A model generated the notes under the pieces. It searched no databases. It was not told the origin of the DNA and was given only the letters and a program-made list of their open reading frames with translations. DNA of 63,709 bases, filler included, from Phoronis australis (Eukaryota; Animalia; Phoronida), in assembly GCA_002633005.1 (NCBI GenBank). It is 6 parts of 6 records of this genome, joined end to end, with 100 filler letters (N's around TTAATTAATTAA, not from the genome) between each part and the next. Parts side by side here need not be neighbours in the genome. Positions count along the whole stretch, not along the records: positions 19,055 to 43,306 come from NMRA01000504.1; 5 more parts are not named here. One strand, written 5' to 3'. How positions within the stretch are numbered: the first letter of the stretch is position 1; each line of letters opens with the position of its first letter. Position numbers and translations under genes: made by a program. Shown here piece after piece: positions 25,336-38,400 of this stretch.

Positions 25336-25440
25336 GTTTTTATTATGCGCCCACATATGTGGGTGCATATTGCCGCCATCACTGGTCGTCCGCTGCTGTA
25401 TCTTTCTAAGCCCTCATAGGATTTTGATGAGATTTGGTAT
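25336..25440 (+). mobile_element. Truncated HINE 5' end, opposite orientation to the cluster
   Basis: TTTTATTATGCGCCCACATATGTGGGTGCAT hairpin followed by GTCCGCTGCTGTATCT...GGATTTTGATGAGATTTGG. Confidence 0.65.
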
Positions 25441-26740
25441 AAAATTTGAGCCGCTCCATTCTGGGCTGGTTGCGCACATGGTGGACACAGATTCAGATGA
25501 GTTAGAGATGACAATCTATAGCTTTTTGAGCCACAACAGCTCAATTTTTCCCCCTCAATCCAATGAAAAATTGGCGCATGTTGGGTAGGCTGTGAATTTT
25601 AAGCTCTAGGCTGCATGTAAAGTCTACGAACGGCATAAACTTGATTTTTTAATCTGTTCTGAGTGAAAGATTCCCAGCTGTCGAACCCTTGGCCCACTTT
25701 TTGCTCAGCCGTGGTTTTTCTTAAACATGTACTGCTTGCAAGCAGAACTCAAGTACCCTTCAGACACTTTGGAATTGTGAAAAACCTGGCTGGTCGACAC
25801 ACACATTTCACCTTATTTATATAATGTGGAATTTTGGCAGTCTGAATAAACTGTCTGTCAGTCTGAGGTAATCGCATGCAAATGGTGACTTCATTGTGAA
25901 AACTTCTGATTTGGCGCAATTTGCTCGTTCCTTCAAGTAGCCGGCTGCACTTACACTAGTTTTCTGGAGTTTTGCAATGAATCATAAATACTGTGGATGT
26001 TATTCGTGGTAACCTAAACGTTTTCCGATTATGCCAAGAACATCTTAGACCAATGTGCAGATGTACCAAGTTGTGCAAAAATCGATTCAATAGTTCATTC
26101 TAACTAAATGGAGCAAAGAAGACACAAAAATGAACACGTATGTAAGACACTTCTATTATGAAAATCTCGTGTAACAAACTTGAACACATCGGGGCAAAGC
26201 TGCACTCATGAAGCTGTGAAGAACTCACAAACAAATGCAACAAAAGCGTGAAGTCATATATTGACAAGTTTTGTGTCTCAGCTAACTATACTCTTCCACA
26301 CTTAATCTTCACACAATGTTTGTAAGATTTTACATACTTTTAAAATTCCCAGCACTTCTAAGTATGAAACAAGAAAATTACACAAATAACATACTCTTTG
26401 GTGTAAAATTTGCGTTCAGTACAGTAAGCTTTTGGCAAAGAAAGAGAGATCACGTAAGATATCGCCATGCATTGCAGGCGAACAACGTGACCACATAAAT
26501 TTGACCTACAAGTGCACTGCGTTTTAACAGTCAATAGCCTACATTACATATTTTATGATATAGTTGGAACACAAAAAGAGGAAGACGTCTCAATTTACCC
26601 AACAACACGAAGGCTACTTATAGTTCTTTGCAAGAAATTCTTTGGGAACAGGGTCACTTTGTTGTCTTGACCCTGCTATTCTAATTGCGACCTGCCAGAT
26701 ATTTGCGGCACACGTTAACTGCTTGGCTTGTTCTGTTTTC

Positions 26741-27586
26741 CTAAAAGATTGTATCGTCATCCAACATCTCAGCTTGATCACTTTCATTAAAAATGTCCAA
26801 TTGTATTCCCCCGCTGTCCAACTCATCGAATTTCAACCTCTTTTGCAATATAACTTTTTCACGAGCTAACTCTTCGTCTGTGATTCCGGTAGATCTTCTC
26901 ATCTCTTCAATCTTTCTCTTGTCGAATATCGTTCCTCTTCTTTGCTGTATTCTTTCCAGAGCTAGTCTGGATTTCTTTCGTTGGGCTGCACCACGTATTC
27001 TCTTATGAACGTCCTCGTCGTAATCTCCCTCAGCAGTTTCCATAACTTTGTGCAATGCCAAAAATTTGCGTTTAAATGCAGCATCCAAAGTACGTATCTG
27101 GGTTTTCGGCATGTTTTTGGACTGAAATTTGGCAATTTTGAAAATCGTTTTCCTCCGTTGCACAGAGCGGTCGCATACCTCTTCGTCGTCTTCCTGTAAA
27201 ACAGATATCGCGTCTGTTTTTTCGCTATCATCCAAAGCTTGCAAGTTTTTAGCCATTTTCAAAGCGGAGTCAATGTCGACACGATCGTTGGCGCTGGTAC
27301 AGTAATCGTCATTGCCACTACGCACTCTTTTCAGCCTTATAATAACCTCAGTAGAAATGATATGCAGAAAGGTCCAGAGTCGATGCCACAGCATCCCAAG
27401 GTACTGAATAGCCAGAAGCAACCCGAACGACACCAAGAACAGTAATCCGACAGGTTCGAGGTTCACCCCTTCTCCACTATGGGAGCTACATTGAAACCAC
27501 TTGATGAATATGGTTTCCTTGTTTGCTGTCAGCAACATCATTATGGTCACGAACAATCCGTTAATCATGAAAAACGCTAGGCATGA
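26741..27586 (-). CDS. CHS: Chitin synthase last exon (observed exon 14)
   Basis: tttcAG|SCLAFFMINGLF...LEPVGLLFLVSFGLLLAIQYLGMLWHRLWT...DDDTIF*; TAG at 26743-26741. Confidence 0.93.
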   Translation of the reverse strand, partial: SCLAFFMINGLFVTIMMLLTANKETIFIKWFQCSSHSGEGVNLEPVGLLFLVSFGLLLAIQYLGMLWHRLWTFLHIISTEVIIRLKRVRSGNDDYCTSANDRVDIDSALKMAKNLQALDDSEKTDAISVLQEDDEEVCDRSVQRRKTIFKIAKFQSKNMPKTQIRTLDAAFKRKFLALHKVMETAEGDYDEDVHKRIRGAAQRKKSRLALERIQQRRGTIFDKRKIEEMRRSTGITDEELAREKVILQKRLKFDELDSGGIQLDIFNESDQAEMLDDDTIF

Positions 27587-30500
27587 CTGAAATGTAAAAT
27601 GTGACAATTTGACTCGGACATGTTTCGGAAGAGTTGGGAACAATTATTTGTTAACAATTATGCAGTGTTGGATGTCTTTAAACAACTGGATCGTATCAAA
27701 AACCTGTGAATTTCTTGAACTGAGCCTATATAACCTATTGTTCGGCAGGCATAATGCGGAACATGTTGTTAACTTGGTCATATGTTTGGTCAAACATCAT
27801 AATTATAAAGCGAGATTAAACGCTAGTGTTCCTTGTTAGCAGCTAATCAAAGAAGAACTACCTAGATATTACAAGGGTTTCTGTACTGATTGTGAATATG
27901 AACTATTCGTTGAAAGGTCGACACCTATGATTCATCTATTCGTGAATTTTTTCTCTTTGACAATATTCTGATCCCGGGTTTGTCTGCGTGCGTGTATGTG
28001 TGTAATTTTTTTGTACGGTAAAATATTCTGATCAATAAATATAAATAAAAACTATGCAGTTTTGAACATTTTTCTCTGAATTTTCAAACTCTCAGTGTCA
28101 TTTCTGCAGATGTTCATTGACATTCATGAAAATATGAAATCAACACATAATTTATGAAAATTTTGCTATTTCTTGCATTTAAACTTGAATAAATGTCCTT
28201 CCACCACGCAGTTGGCTATTTGCTTAAGCCTACTTGTCTCCTCCATAATCTGTCTCAGATTACAACTCGAACCGTCTAGTAGATTGCATGAAATATGTCG
28301 TAAACTGAAGAACATACCGAAACCTAGTTTGGGTCCGTTATTGGAGTTGGATAGGTGAGGGAATAGATTTCTCTAAGCTCACCCCAGGCAGTGAGTGTAT
28401 GTCTAGAGGAGACTACACGCTTGTGCGCGGGGACTGTCAAAGCTGCAGAAACACCCCATGTGCCAATTAAGGAGTAAATTTGAGGTGCTAAATATTTTTC
28501 TACACGCAAGTAAGTTGATCAACGTGTTATGATAACCTACAACATTCCCCCGTGTGTGCGGCCAGTGGAAACACACCAGCGCAATCATGTGATGTCAGTA
28601 TAACAGAACCTCAACATAATTAAATAGTTAATATAACTACACCCAGTGAGTATCTGCCTCATGATTATACCCGCCTTCTTGGGTAGGCTTAGAGGAAAAA
28701 GCGCGCCTGTATTAACACACGAACAACTGTTGTGGCAAAATCAGACTGGCAGTCTTCTTACTTTATTCCTCAATTCAAGTAAGTCCTCAGCAACCTGCTT
28801 CTGTTTTTCTGGGTTGGTAAGAAGAGGGTATAGGTACTTGTCTATCAGCTCCTTCCAAAACCTTGCCTCGTCATATATGAGCCCACCTGTTTCACCATTG
28901 AGCAGATCAGGGTCGGCCAACCATGTGCTAAAGGGTTTGTCCAATGAAGGTTCAGGTATGATGATATCTGTTGGTGGAATTACTGGTTGACAAACTGGTC
29001 TAAGCAATATAGAAATGTATCTTCATCAGTTTGATTTACAGTGTACCACATTACACACATAACAACTTAGCTGTAAGGCAATCACTGTCTATGCCCACAA
29101 GTAAGTCCTTTTAAAGTGTATGCCGTGTCTTTTTGTCGCAGTGTATTTTCAACTAACATTGTTGTAGTAGTGAGAAACGTTGGAGTATTGGTCTGAAGGT
29201 CAAATTGAAAACGAGATTAATTTTATGTGTCAATGCCTGTCCTTGCTGTTGAGCGCCGAAATTCGTTAAAGAATGTGACAGATGATGCCAAAATAGTTAG
29301 ATTACTTCAACGCTCTGATCTTGGTGAACAAAAAATCTTGGTGTTATGTATTTTAAAAGCAACAGTACTAAGAGCTGAAATTTTATCATTGTAGAGTTGT
29401 AATGTATTATGAGTCACAAGCCTACACACAATAAACATTTCTGCCAACTTATCGGGTGTCTTGGACACGTCCTTGACTCCTGAGAATGGACTAAAAGAAA
29501 GCATACCCACGGACGAGCTACAGTAAGGTAGACATTCACTGGGCGAAGGAAGCAGGACCTGGCAATGACAACATGGCAGCACTCCAGAGAATTAATTATG
29601 TACTGCCTGAAGAATGCGAACTCAAAATAAGTGTCCATTATTTCATGGTAGAGTACACAATGAGTTGCTCGCATAACTGTATAATCTTACATTGTACTTG
29701 ATGACCCAAAATCAGGTTGAAACTTGAAGTCTGAACTTGAAATTTCGAGTTTTTATTCGACGTTTAAGCTCAAACCTAGGGGTCGTCAAGTGCAAACTTG
29801 GACTAGAAACTCGCATTAACGACAACGTACAAAAAATAATAAACACTTGTCTTGAGTTCGCACAAATGTACAATTAGAAATTTCCAAAAATAATTTTGAG
29901 TTTGATTTCGAGTATTAGACACCGGGTACTGACATGAAATTAGTCCTGTGTATCTGACATTAAAACGTGTGAACGTTCAAAGTATGAAAAATTGGCTGCG
30001 TATGTAACAATACCTGGTGGCTCGTAGTCGTCATCGCTACTAATGTTGCCCATTTCCTCGGGAATTTCAGGTGCCACCGAGACAGGTCTGCTCCTGGGTC
30101 GCCTCCTTCCGGTTACGTCCCGAAGATCTAAGGCTTTCTCCATTGTGTCAATTTTCTCTAGAATTGTGCCGAATTTCATGTCTTCTGGGGATTGCTCTTC
30201 GTGAGGACAACAAATGCAGCTACAAAACATGCAAATGTCGTTCTTTTAAAGTATTTTATTGACCTTGAAAAGGCCCTCGAACTTCCAGTCTGGATACTTG
30301 AATGTTATCTAACATTAACAAAGTGTGTGTTACATACAGAGTACTGGGATATAAAACATACACGCATGCATACATACATACATACATGCACTCATACATA
30401 CATACATAAGTACATACATACGCAAATACATACGTACTTACGTGTACATAAATACATACACACACGCATACATACATGTGTGCATGTTAGTCATAATCAA

Positions 30501-32369
30501 ATGTTCACAAGTAGGGGTCAAGAGAACGGTAACATCTGCGACCGATTCCAGCGTCATCACAGTGATCTCATGCGTTTTAAATGTCTAAGCATATAATTTG
30601 AGAACCCGTTCACAAATGACAAGTTGAGAATGTATTCTCAACTTCTTTGATCAGGACCCGGTCTCCAATCTTTTTACTCGAAATGGAACTCGAAATTAGG
30701 TTTGGAATTTGTACTCTACTTTTGGGCGAACTCAAGATAAGTGTCTATTATTCTATGCTCAAGTACACAATAACTTACGTAGATAATTTATTGCCCTTAG
30801 TTCACAGTTTGTACACCCAATATTAAAGCAATAAGTTCGAGTTTGAACTCGAAATTTCGAGTTTTTACTCGAGTTTGTAGCACGAATATAAGGGTCTTCA
30901 AGGGCAAACTTGAACTAGAAACTCCTATGCATAAACTATAATGTATTCGAGCGCAGTCTGATAGCCAAAAATAGTTTCGAGTTCGTTTCGAGTACAAAGA
31001 TTAGAGACCGGGCCCAGTTGTTTGTGGATGTGCTCGATAAACGTCTCTAAATATCTGGAGTTTTCTGTACATGTCTGTAACGTATTCACACCGGTTGTTT
31101 TAGAATCCTCCTCTGCTGATGACGTGAATGACCTATCGAAGATCAAAGAATAGATGAATATTTTGTGTTCATGTGTGTATGAGTTGTCTTCGTTATCATA
31201 ATAAGCATTAGTCAGGTAATGCACACAGTGAACGAAATAAGAACGCGTTGTTCAAAAATTATAAGAGGTCTATGAGTAGACAGAACCCAATGTTGTCTTC
31301 AATCTCACATTTCGTACAAGCATTCTATATACACAAAAATTTAGAAATAAGTTTATTTACAGTGGCACGACTCCACCTCTTTTCTGGAGACTCACTTTCG
31401 ATTCCTTCTTCCGTCCAATCATTGCGCCTTGAAACAGGTTTCAATTATAAATTTATCAGTTTCTCTCAAAGGCATCATTACAAATCTGACTATTCGACAG
31501 AACTGATTTGGATACAGATCTGGCAATAAAAACAGTAGACTTGAGACCCAGTTAGGCATATTTTTCGCTGGCAGAAGCCAGCACATCATGAACATGGTGG
31601 ATATTGCATTTGTCATTTCTAGTGTGCGTTTCACTGTGAACTCTTTAGTAGTAAATAGTAGCCTAAAGATGAGATATGCGTCTCGAAATATCGTTTTGTA
31701 AATTATGTTACCTACTGATGTCTATTAGATTTTTATTGCACTGTTGTGATGTAAACACAAGATCCCTATTTAGAGAGTTTGAAAAAACTGAAATTAAACG
31801 TGTAAAACCAGAACAAAGTCTAGTCTACAATGAAATATACATACGAAAAAGAGTACTGCCAAATAATAGTGATATTTATACCACAATATTTGCGTCAAAT
31901 GGCAGATACAACCGTTATCTCACTAGTGAGATAACGATTTGGCGGGAAACCGAGGACGGAGTGGAACCCGGGACCTTGGAATTGCTGGTCGCCGACTTTA
32001 CCACTACACCATGCAGCGACTGACGTAATCAAGAGTGAAAATAGAATACTTAAATGAACACGTGCAATAATCCCATGTTCAACAAACCGCATTGTACATG
32101 TACTGTACTAATACGCTACGAAAAATAAGACACAAAATTTCCATAAAAATGATATCTTAATTCAGTGAAACGCCCCTCGGGCGATAATTCTCCAAAATCC
32201 ACTCGGGCTCTCGATAACGGGGGATAACGACTTCGCCATGTAATAATCTATATGTATATTATGTGTATGTACATGTATACGTGTACACATAGATACATGC
32301 ATGCATGCATGTACGTATGTACGCGTGTGTGTGTTCGTGTGTGTCTGTGTCTGTGTCTCTGTCTCTGCC

Positions 32370-32400
<31 letters not shown>

Positions 32401-35400
32401 GTGTGTGTGTGTGTGTGTCTATGTGTCTGTGTGTGTCTATGTGTGTAAGTATGTAATTATGTATATAACCATTCTTGATAAAAAATAATTTGAATTCCAC
32501 TATTCACAAACCACATGTATCATTGTGCAAGTTCTCCTGCCTTCCCATGCTCTGTGTGAGACGTCGGAACAATTGTAGCGAGAATATGAAGATTGGTCTT
32601 AAGGAGCTTAGTCCTCGTCATTGATTAAGATCGTTAAGAACAAATTTACCTGCAAAGATTTCCTATTGCAATTCTCCATCCAGTTTCTCGTTTGGCTCCA
32701 CTTTGATTGAGAAAGAAACTCAGTAATTTGGAAGCTGTCCCGTTCTTTTTCTTGTCCTCTTCCAACAGTTTCCCTTCCTTTATTTGATCGTGGGTTTTCG
32801 ATTGCTTAACCTCACGTGTTCCCCAGGTAACCACATGAAGGTTACACAAAGAATAGATGATCAACAAAAGATACATACATGGTATTGTGACAAAGTATAT
32901 TAGACCGCATGGAAGGTTCCAGAACTCCTGTGGATGGAGGATAGCGGCAGTGATGAACGAAGCTGAGACAATGATCAGAAACAATGTGCTAGGCGCACAC
33001 ACATCTCCGTCCTTTGCAATTTGAACGAGGACGCCAACGAGAACAGCCATCATGACCAAGCAATATATCCCAGTAAGGATGAACGACGCCTTGAGCTGAA
33101 AGCAAAGTGATCAAAAGTTGGCATCGGCACGTATTCAATGGTATTGATTACTTTATATTTCGTCGACAGAGCAGCTACTCCACAAAATTACACACAGACA
33201 TGTAAAGCTTACCTGCCATGCGGGCTTTGCGAAATAGCACAGTATTACGAACAGGACTATGGGGACAGCGTTCATAAAGAAGGCAAAGCTCAGTCCTAAG
33301 TCGGAAACAATTTCCACTGCTCCAACAATCATCATGAAGATGCTCCCAGGACCAATGATAGAGAGGAACATGAGAATTGCTGAAACGAAAGCCTTCTGAG
33401 TTCACATTTGGTGATGATGTGTATGACAATAACAGCATTCAAATTAAACGGTTAGCCCTGCTGCTTTTCCATAAGTTACTAAAGGTGTGAGAATGTGTAC
33501 GCGTTAGTTCGCGACAAAAAAGAGCGATCTTCAATCATTAATACATGTTGATCCGGACAGAGAGCATCGTGGGGCTATGTTTAACTACTAAGAAACTGAA
33601 CCAATTAAAACTGAACTGTAAGTTCTAGTAACAATCATGTTCAACGGGTCATTGTACAGAATATATACATGTACTCAGCGTTATTCAAAATATTGGGAGA
33701 TCTTCATCTACGTAATTCAGTGCTTTAGTTTTCAAATGCATTGAGGAACAGTTGCCGGCTCGTACACATCCGGTGACATCACAGATAACATGGTGACGTT
33801 CAAAAATGGGACGTAGAAGAACACTTGTCACGTGAATTGACCAGAATTAAAGTCACAGGTCCACTGCGGCATGCTTCGTGCAAGTGCGACTACCATCGTA
33901 CGCAAATAACAGATTGAAAGGGAGGCTCACATTCAACGAATTAATAACATTGATTTGAGCAAAATTTCTTGAGGCAGAGGCAGCGCCATCCAATAACGCT
34001 GAAGTAATGGTGAAAGGTCACAGTGTAGTAAAGAAATTTAATCTTCAATGAATACGCCCGTGTCGTTTTGGGCTATTGAAAAACAATTTCATATACTTTA
34101 AAAAATTCCGTTAGACAAGGAGAAGGACTGGTCCGATTTGGTGGCAAAAAACATTTCTCAAGCTCTAATTATATGTACACGGTAACGTCGTAGGGAAAAT
34201 GGCGAGTGTTGTATCAAATGAGCGTGATCTATAACGCAGTTTTAATCCTGTTACACGTCCGCACGTTAGGTGAAATGGCACCGGATATTTGCAGCCGACT
34301 ACCATGGCATTTGATGAAGGACACGAGTACCGCAGATGAATTCCCCCGCATTAACAACGTCGTTATTGAGGATAGTCCGTTTTCAACCTCGTACCTACGA
34401 TACTTGTATTTGTCGTGATCGTAACTACCCACAAATCCCATTTCGAGGATGCACGTAATACAATTATTCGTTTATACGTAAGAGACCAAATTACCGTGAT
34501 ATAATATGTAAAGGAACGAGATGTTCTCGTTTTTCTTGATCGTATTCTTCCAATCCTTTAAGAGTTCAAATATGTTGGCCATGGTTGAGGGTGTCCATCG
34601 TCTTCTTTGGTTAAAAAACTCGTCAAAACCTTCTGGGCAATAGGTCAATGCATCTGACGCGGCGTTGTATTCAACTCTATAGCCTTGTTGAAGCAACAGG
34701 GTGCAGAGCCAGCGGTCTTCACCTGAAAGATTTATTAAAAATGCAGTGTTCAACCAAAGTGGTGGTTCAAACATTGGTAGTGCAAAATCAGTAATTAAAC
34801 TGTTTAAATTGACGCTATTGTAAAATGAAAGTCCAGGGAGATGAAATCAACTTTCATGAAGCGTAAATAGAATATGTTCAACCGAACCTTACACGAGGCT
34901 TGCAAAACAACGTTCCCTAATGTATGAATTATGTTTATACAAGTAGTGTTTACAAATACATATTTAATGCATCACTTATTGGCATTTTACAGCACCTTGG
35001 TCATACTGTATATAATGTGCTGCTTCAGTTGGCTCTTTTGTGTATCGCTTCATCACATTCTCGTCCATCAAAGCAGATCCTCTGAACAAGCTGAAGCATC
35101 CGGGGCTGCACAGAACGCACCCAAATACGTGCTCTGTCGCTTTCTGAAACCAGTGCCCGATCGCGTACTCAAATTTTTGGTACCAGACCATGGGACCTGA
35201 AAGTAAAAATTTAATCAATGTATTTTGAAGTGGCATAATATGACGAAATTGAATATCATTTATAGGTAGAAAAACGCACATTTAAGCCGTGTGGGATACC
35301 GCTCTGTTTGTAGAGCTTACCTGAACCAATGGGATGAATTCTTCCACATGCCGCTGCGACTTTGTCATTCTTCTTCATTAAGTCGACAAGGAGTTGAACC

Positions 35401-38400
35401 GCACTCGGTTGAAAGTCCACATCTCCATCCAAGGCCAGCAAAAATGTGCTGTCTGCTCGGATCTGTTTTCGCATCAAGTCCATATCCTTCCGCGCTATCA
35501 GACGATATCCGAGGAAGTAGTACATATACATAACCTGAACAAAAATATAACAGCATAGTTAAGCGCTAACGTGACGACCATGCTTTGTATCTGAGGAACA
35601 CGAAATCACACTCAAACCCTGGACTAGCACATTTAATTTTTTGCTTAGTATTTTCGTTACTCACGAAGCATATACTCTTCAGACTTGGTGAGAATTTTTA
35701 TGCATTAACTTGTAAACGTAAAATGATTCGAAGAAATTTGTTTCTAAGAAGGTCTGAACAGAAAGAAGTACATGTACGGAAACGTTTTCCAACATGAATT
35801 GTCAGAAATATTTCTTTCAAAATGAGTCGAGTCTTCACTGCATAGCAAACAAATTTTCACGCTCGTGAATTGAACTAAACAAGATGGTCGTCATTAAAAC
35901 CAAAATGAATCATTCCCGTATCCCGTAAATTGACCTCTTCAACATCGAATCTGTTTCCTTTTTATTTGACTATCAACATTACACCTACCTGACTCCATCT
36001 CTTTCTATGGCGAATAACTATCTTGTCCTTCAGGTGAGCTGTCAATGTGTTTCCTCCTGGTAGCTTCCACTCAAGGCGGCCTCCGTATGGTGTCTTGGTT
36101 TTAGTTGGCGGGTCCAAGTGAAGACGCACCTTATGCACCGCTCTGGTGGCAAGTTAGCAAGAAATGTTTGGCGAAACACTGTCATTTACTTACGTTCCCA
36201 AGTGATTAACCAAGGTGACCAAATATTTATCAGATGGATGTACATGTAATGTAAGAAATATTCTAATAAGTAGATCTTACGAATGACTTTTGATGAAACA
36301 CATTCTGTCTCAATTTCAAATTCGTACGGATATCTCTAAGACATATAACTGTTCATGTGCCCCAAATTCGGGCTTTTGCTTCATCAGTTTACCGTCTCCA
36401 AAGCCTTACATTACACTTACTGGGCTGCTGTGTCGATGACTCTCACAAGGGTCTTTACGAACTGATTGACCTCGCCGGGCTCCTCCCCTTCAGGGTGGGG
36501 TTCGAAGGCGTCATCAAAGAAAATATGCCCTAAGTGACAGACAGGCGATCAAAATAATACACATTGCTACGTTGTCAAGGACTGTAGTTTCGTCGACCAT
36601 TTATCCATAAATTTATGATAATATTTTATTCTTTTTGAACGATGTTCAATTTTTCGCGATGTGCCACTTCATACAACACACATAAGCTCTCTGTGAGTTT
36701 TTTAATTCTTGAGTAATTTACGAAAATCGCTTACCATTCGATAAACAAGAGAAGTCAGTGAAAACGGAGTCATAAAAATTATTATAAATATTTCGTATTC
36801 CGTGCAATGTTCTTAGGCATGCTCCACACAAAAACTGGCCTAAGCACAAGTTAGGTAAATTTTAAAGGAGAGAGCAACATATTTTCATCTCATTTTCAGC
36901 AAAAGTATGTTTTTTGATTATCCGCGACATATTTTTTTCATTTAATTACGGACGATAATGAGTACATCCCGGTACGCAGCAACCGTGCGGCATGTTGACC
37001 GACTCATAAACAAACGTAAACGACGTCCATTAAATTAGGGGAAGCTGTTGTTAACTAAAATATGTGACTGGGATAATCAACCAGTGAAAAAGTTGCTTTA
37101 ATGGCGTGCTTGGTGATATTAATAATAACCTTCAAACTCATAGTAGTCGGGGTCCACAATCTCAAACTGGTCTTGCGCAAGTCGGCGAGCAGACTGGTCC
37201 ACGTCCATACTGAAAAGGCAGGGTCATTGCATTTTAGGTTATTAAAATACGAGCGTGCTATATCTTTTCTTTCGTGGTTTATTTTCTCCTCTACGTTTTC
37301 AGTTCTATGATTTATTCATCCACGCTTTCGAGATTATATTAATCACACATCTAAATTTTTATTTATTTATTATTGTGATATTTAAAATGAGGGTGGCCTC
37401 TTCAGTGATAGCACTGTTTTCCAAGAGGGCCCTCAACAAGAAAAACAGTAATATAATACAATGAAGTAATAAAACAACAATGAAATATACGTAACAAAGA
37501 TACAATTAAAATAGGTTGAGAATTAAGACAATAACTAAATGACAAATAATGGTAAAAATTTAACTAAGACAGATGAAATAAATTAAGAGATGATTCTAGA
37601 CAGTGAGAGTATTTACGACAATGAAAAAAATGACATGATTAAGACAGGCAGGGTATAAAAGGTCAAGTAAATTACAGACACTTTTTAATATTTACTTTAA
37701 AGGTAGTAATTGAATATCCGAGAACTTTCTTCCATGTTCGTTTTGTGCAGTTCTACAGAAACTTTGCATTTTTTTCTAAGTTCTTATTACCAAAGTAACT
37801 TACTTCATTATAGATGACAACATCTGAATCATTTCGTTTTCCGTCTCGTGCCACATGGTGGCGCAAACGTAGATCAAAGGTATGCTCTCCTTTTGATACA
37901 ACGATGAAAGGTACATGGACTTCCTGCTTAGTGCTTGACTACCGGGTTCGCTTGAGGCGTTTGCTATGTTGTGAAAAACCTGTGAACTCAAAACATAACA
38001 AGTGACAATGGTGTTCAGCTTCCTGTAATGTGTTCGACCATAAATCTATTGAATAACCTACAGTGTACGGCAGGCTTATACAAGAGAACAGTGTTAAACT
38101 CCGCATGGCCACAGTCAACCATGTTGTCTCGTAATAGCGTCATCTTATTGGTTAGAGTGAATGCTTGAACTTTGCCTATGTGTCTTGTGCAATGAGACTT
38201 TAGCTGGCATATCGATAAGTCAGGCCCCTATAGCAAAAATGTTTGTCTAAACAAGTAGCTCAATATCTAGCGTTTAGGCAAGGAACCAGCCGGAACCTAC
38301 ACTTTATCATTTTTGTATCGCAAGAGAAGAAATCAATGCAAGAGCAGGTGCTATCAATCTGTGTTCTACAAGTAAAGTTTAATTTCATGGAGATGTGTCG

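Noticed and set aside
27587-27643. N-terminal part of the 300-aa ORF as a standalone gene start
   Set aside because: Intronic; the acceptor at 27587 joins LRNK to SCLAFFM as in other chitin synthases.
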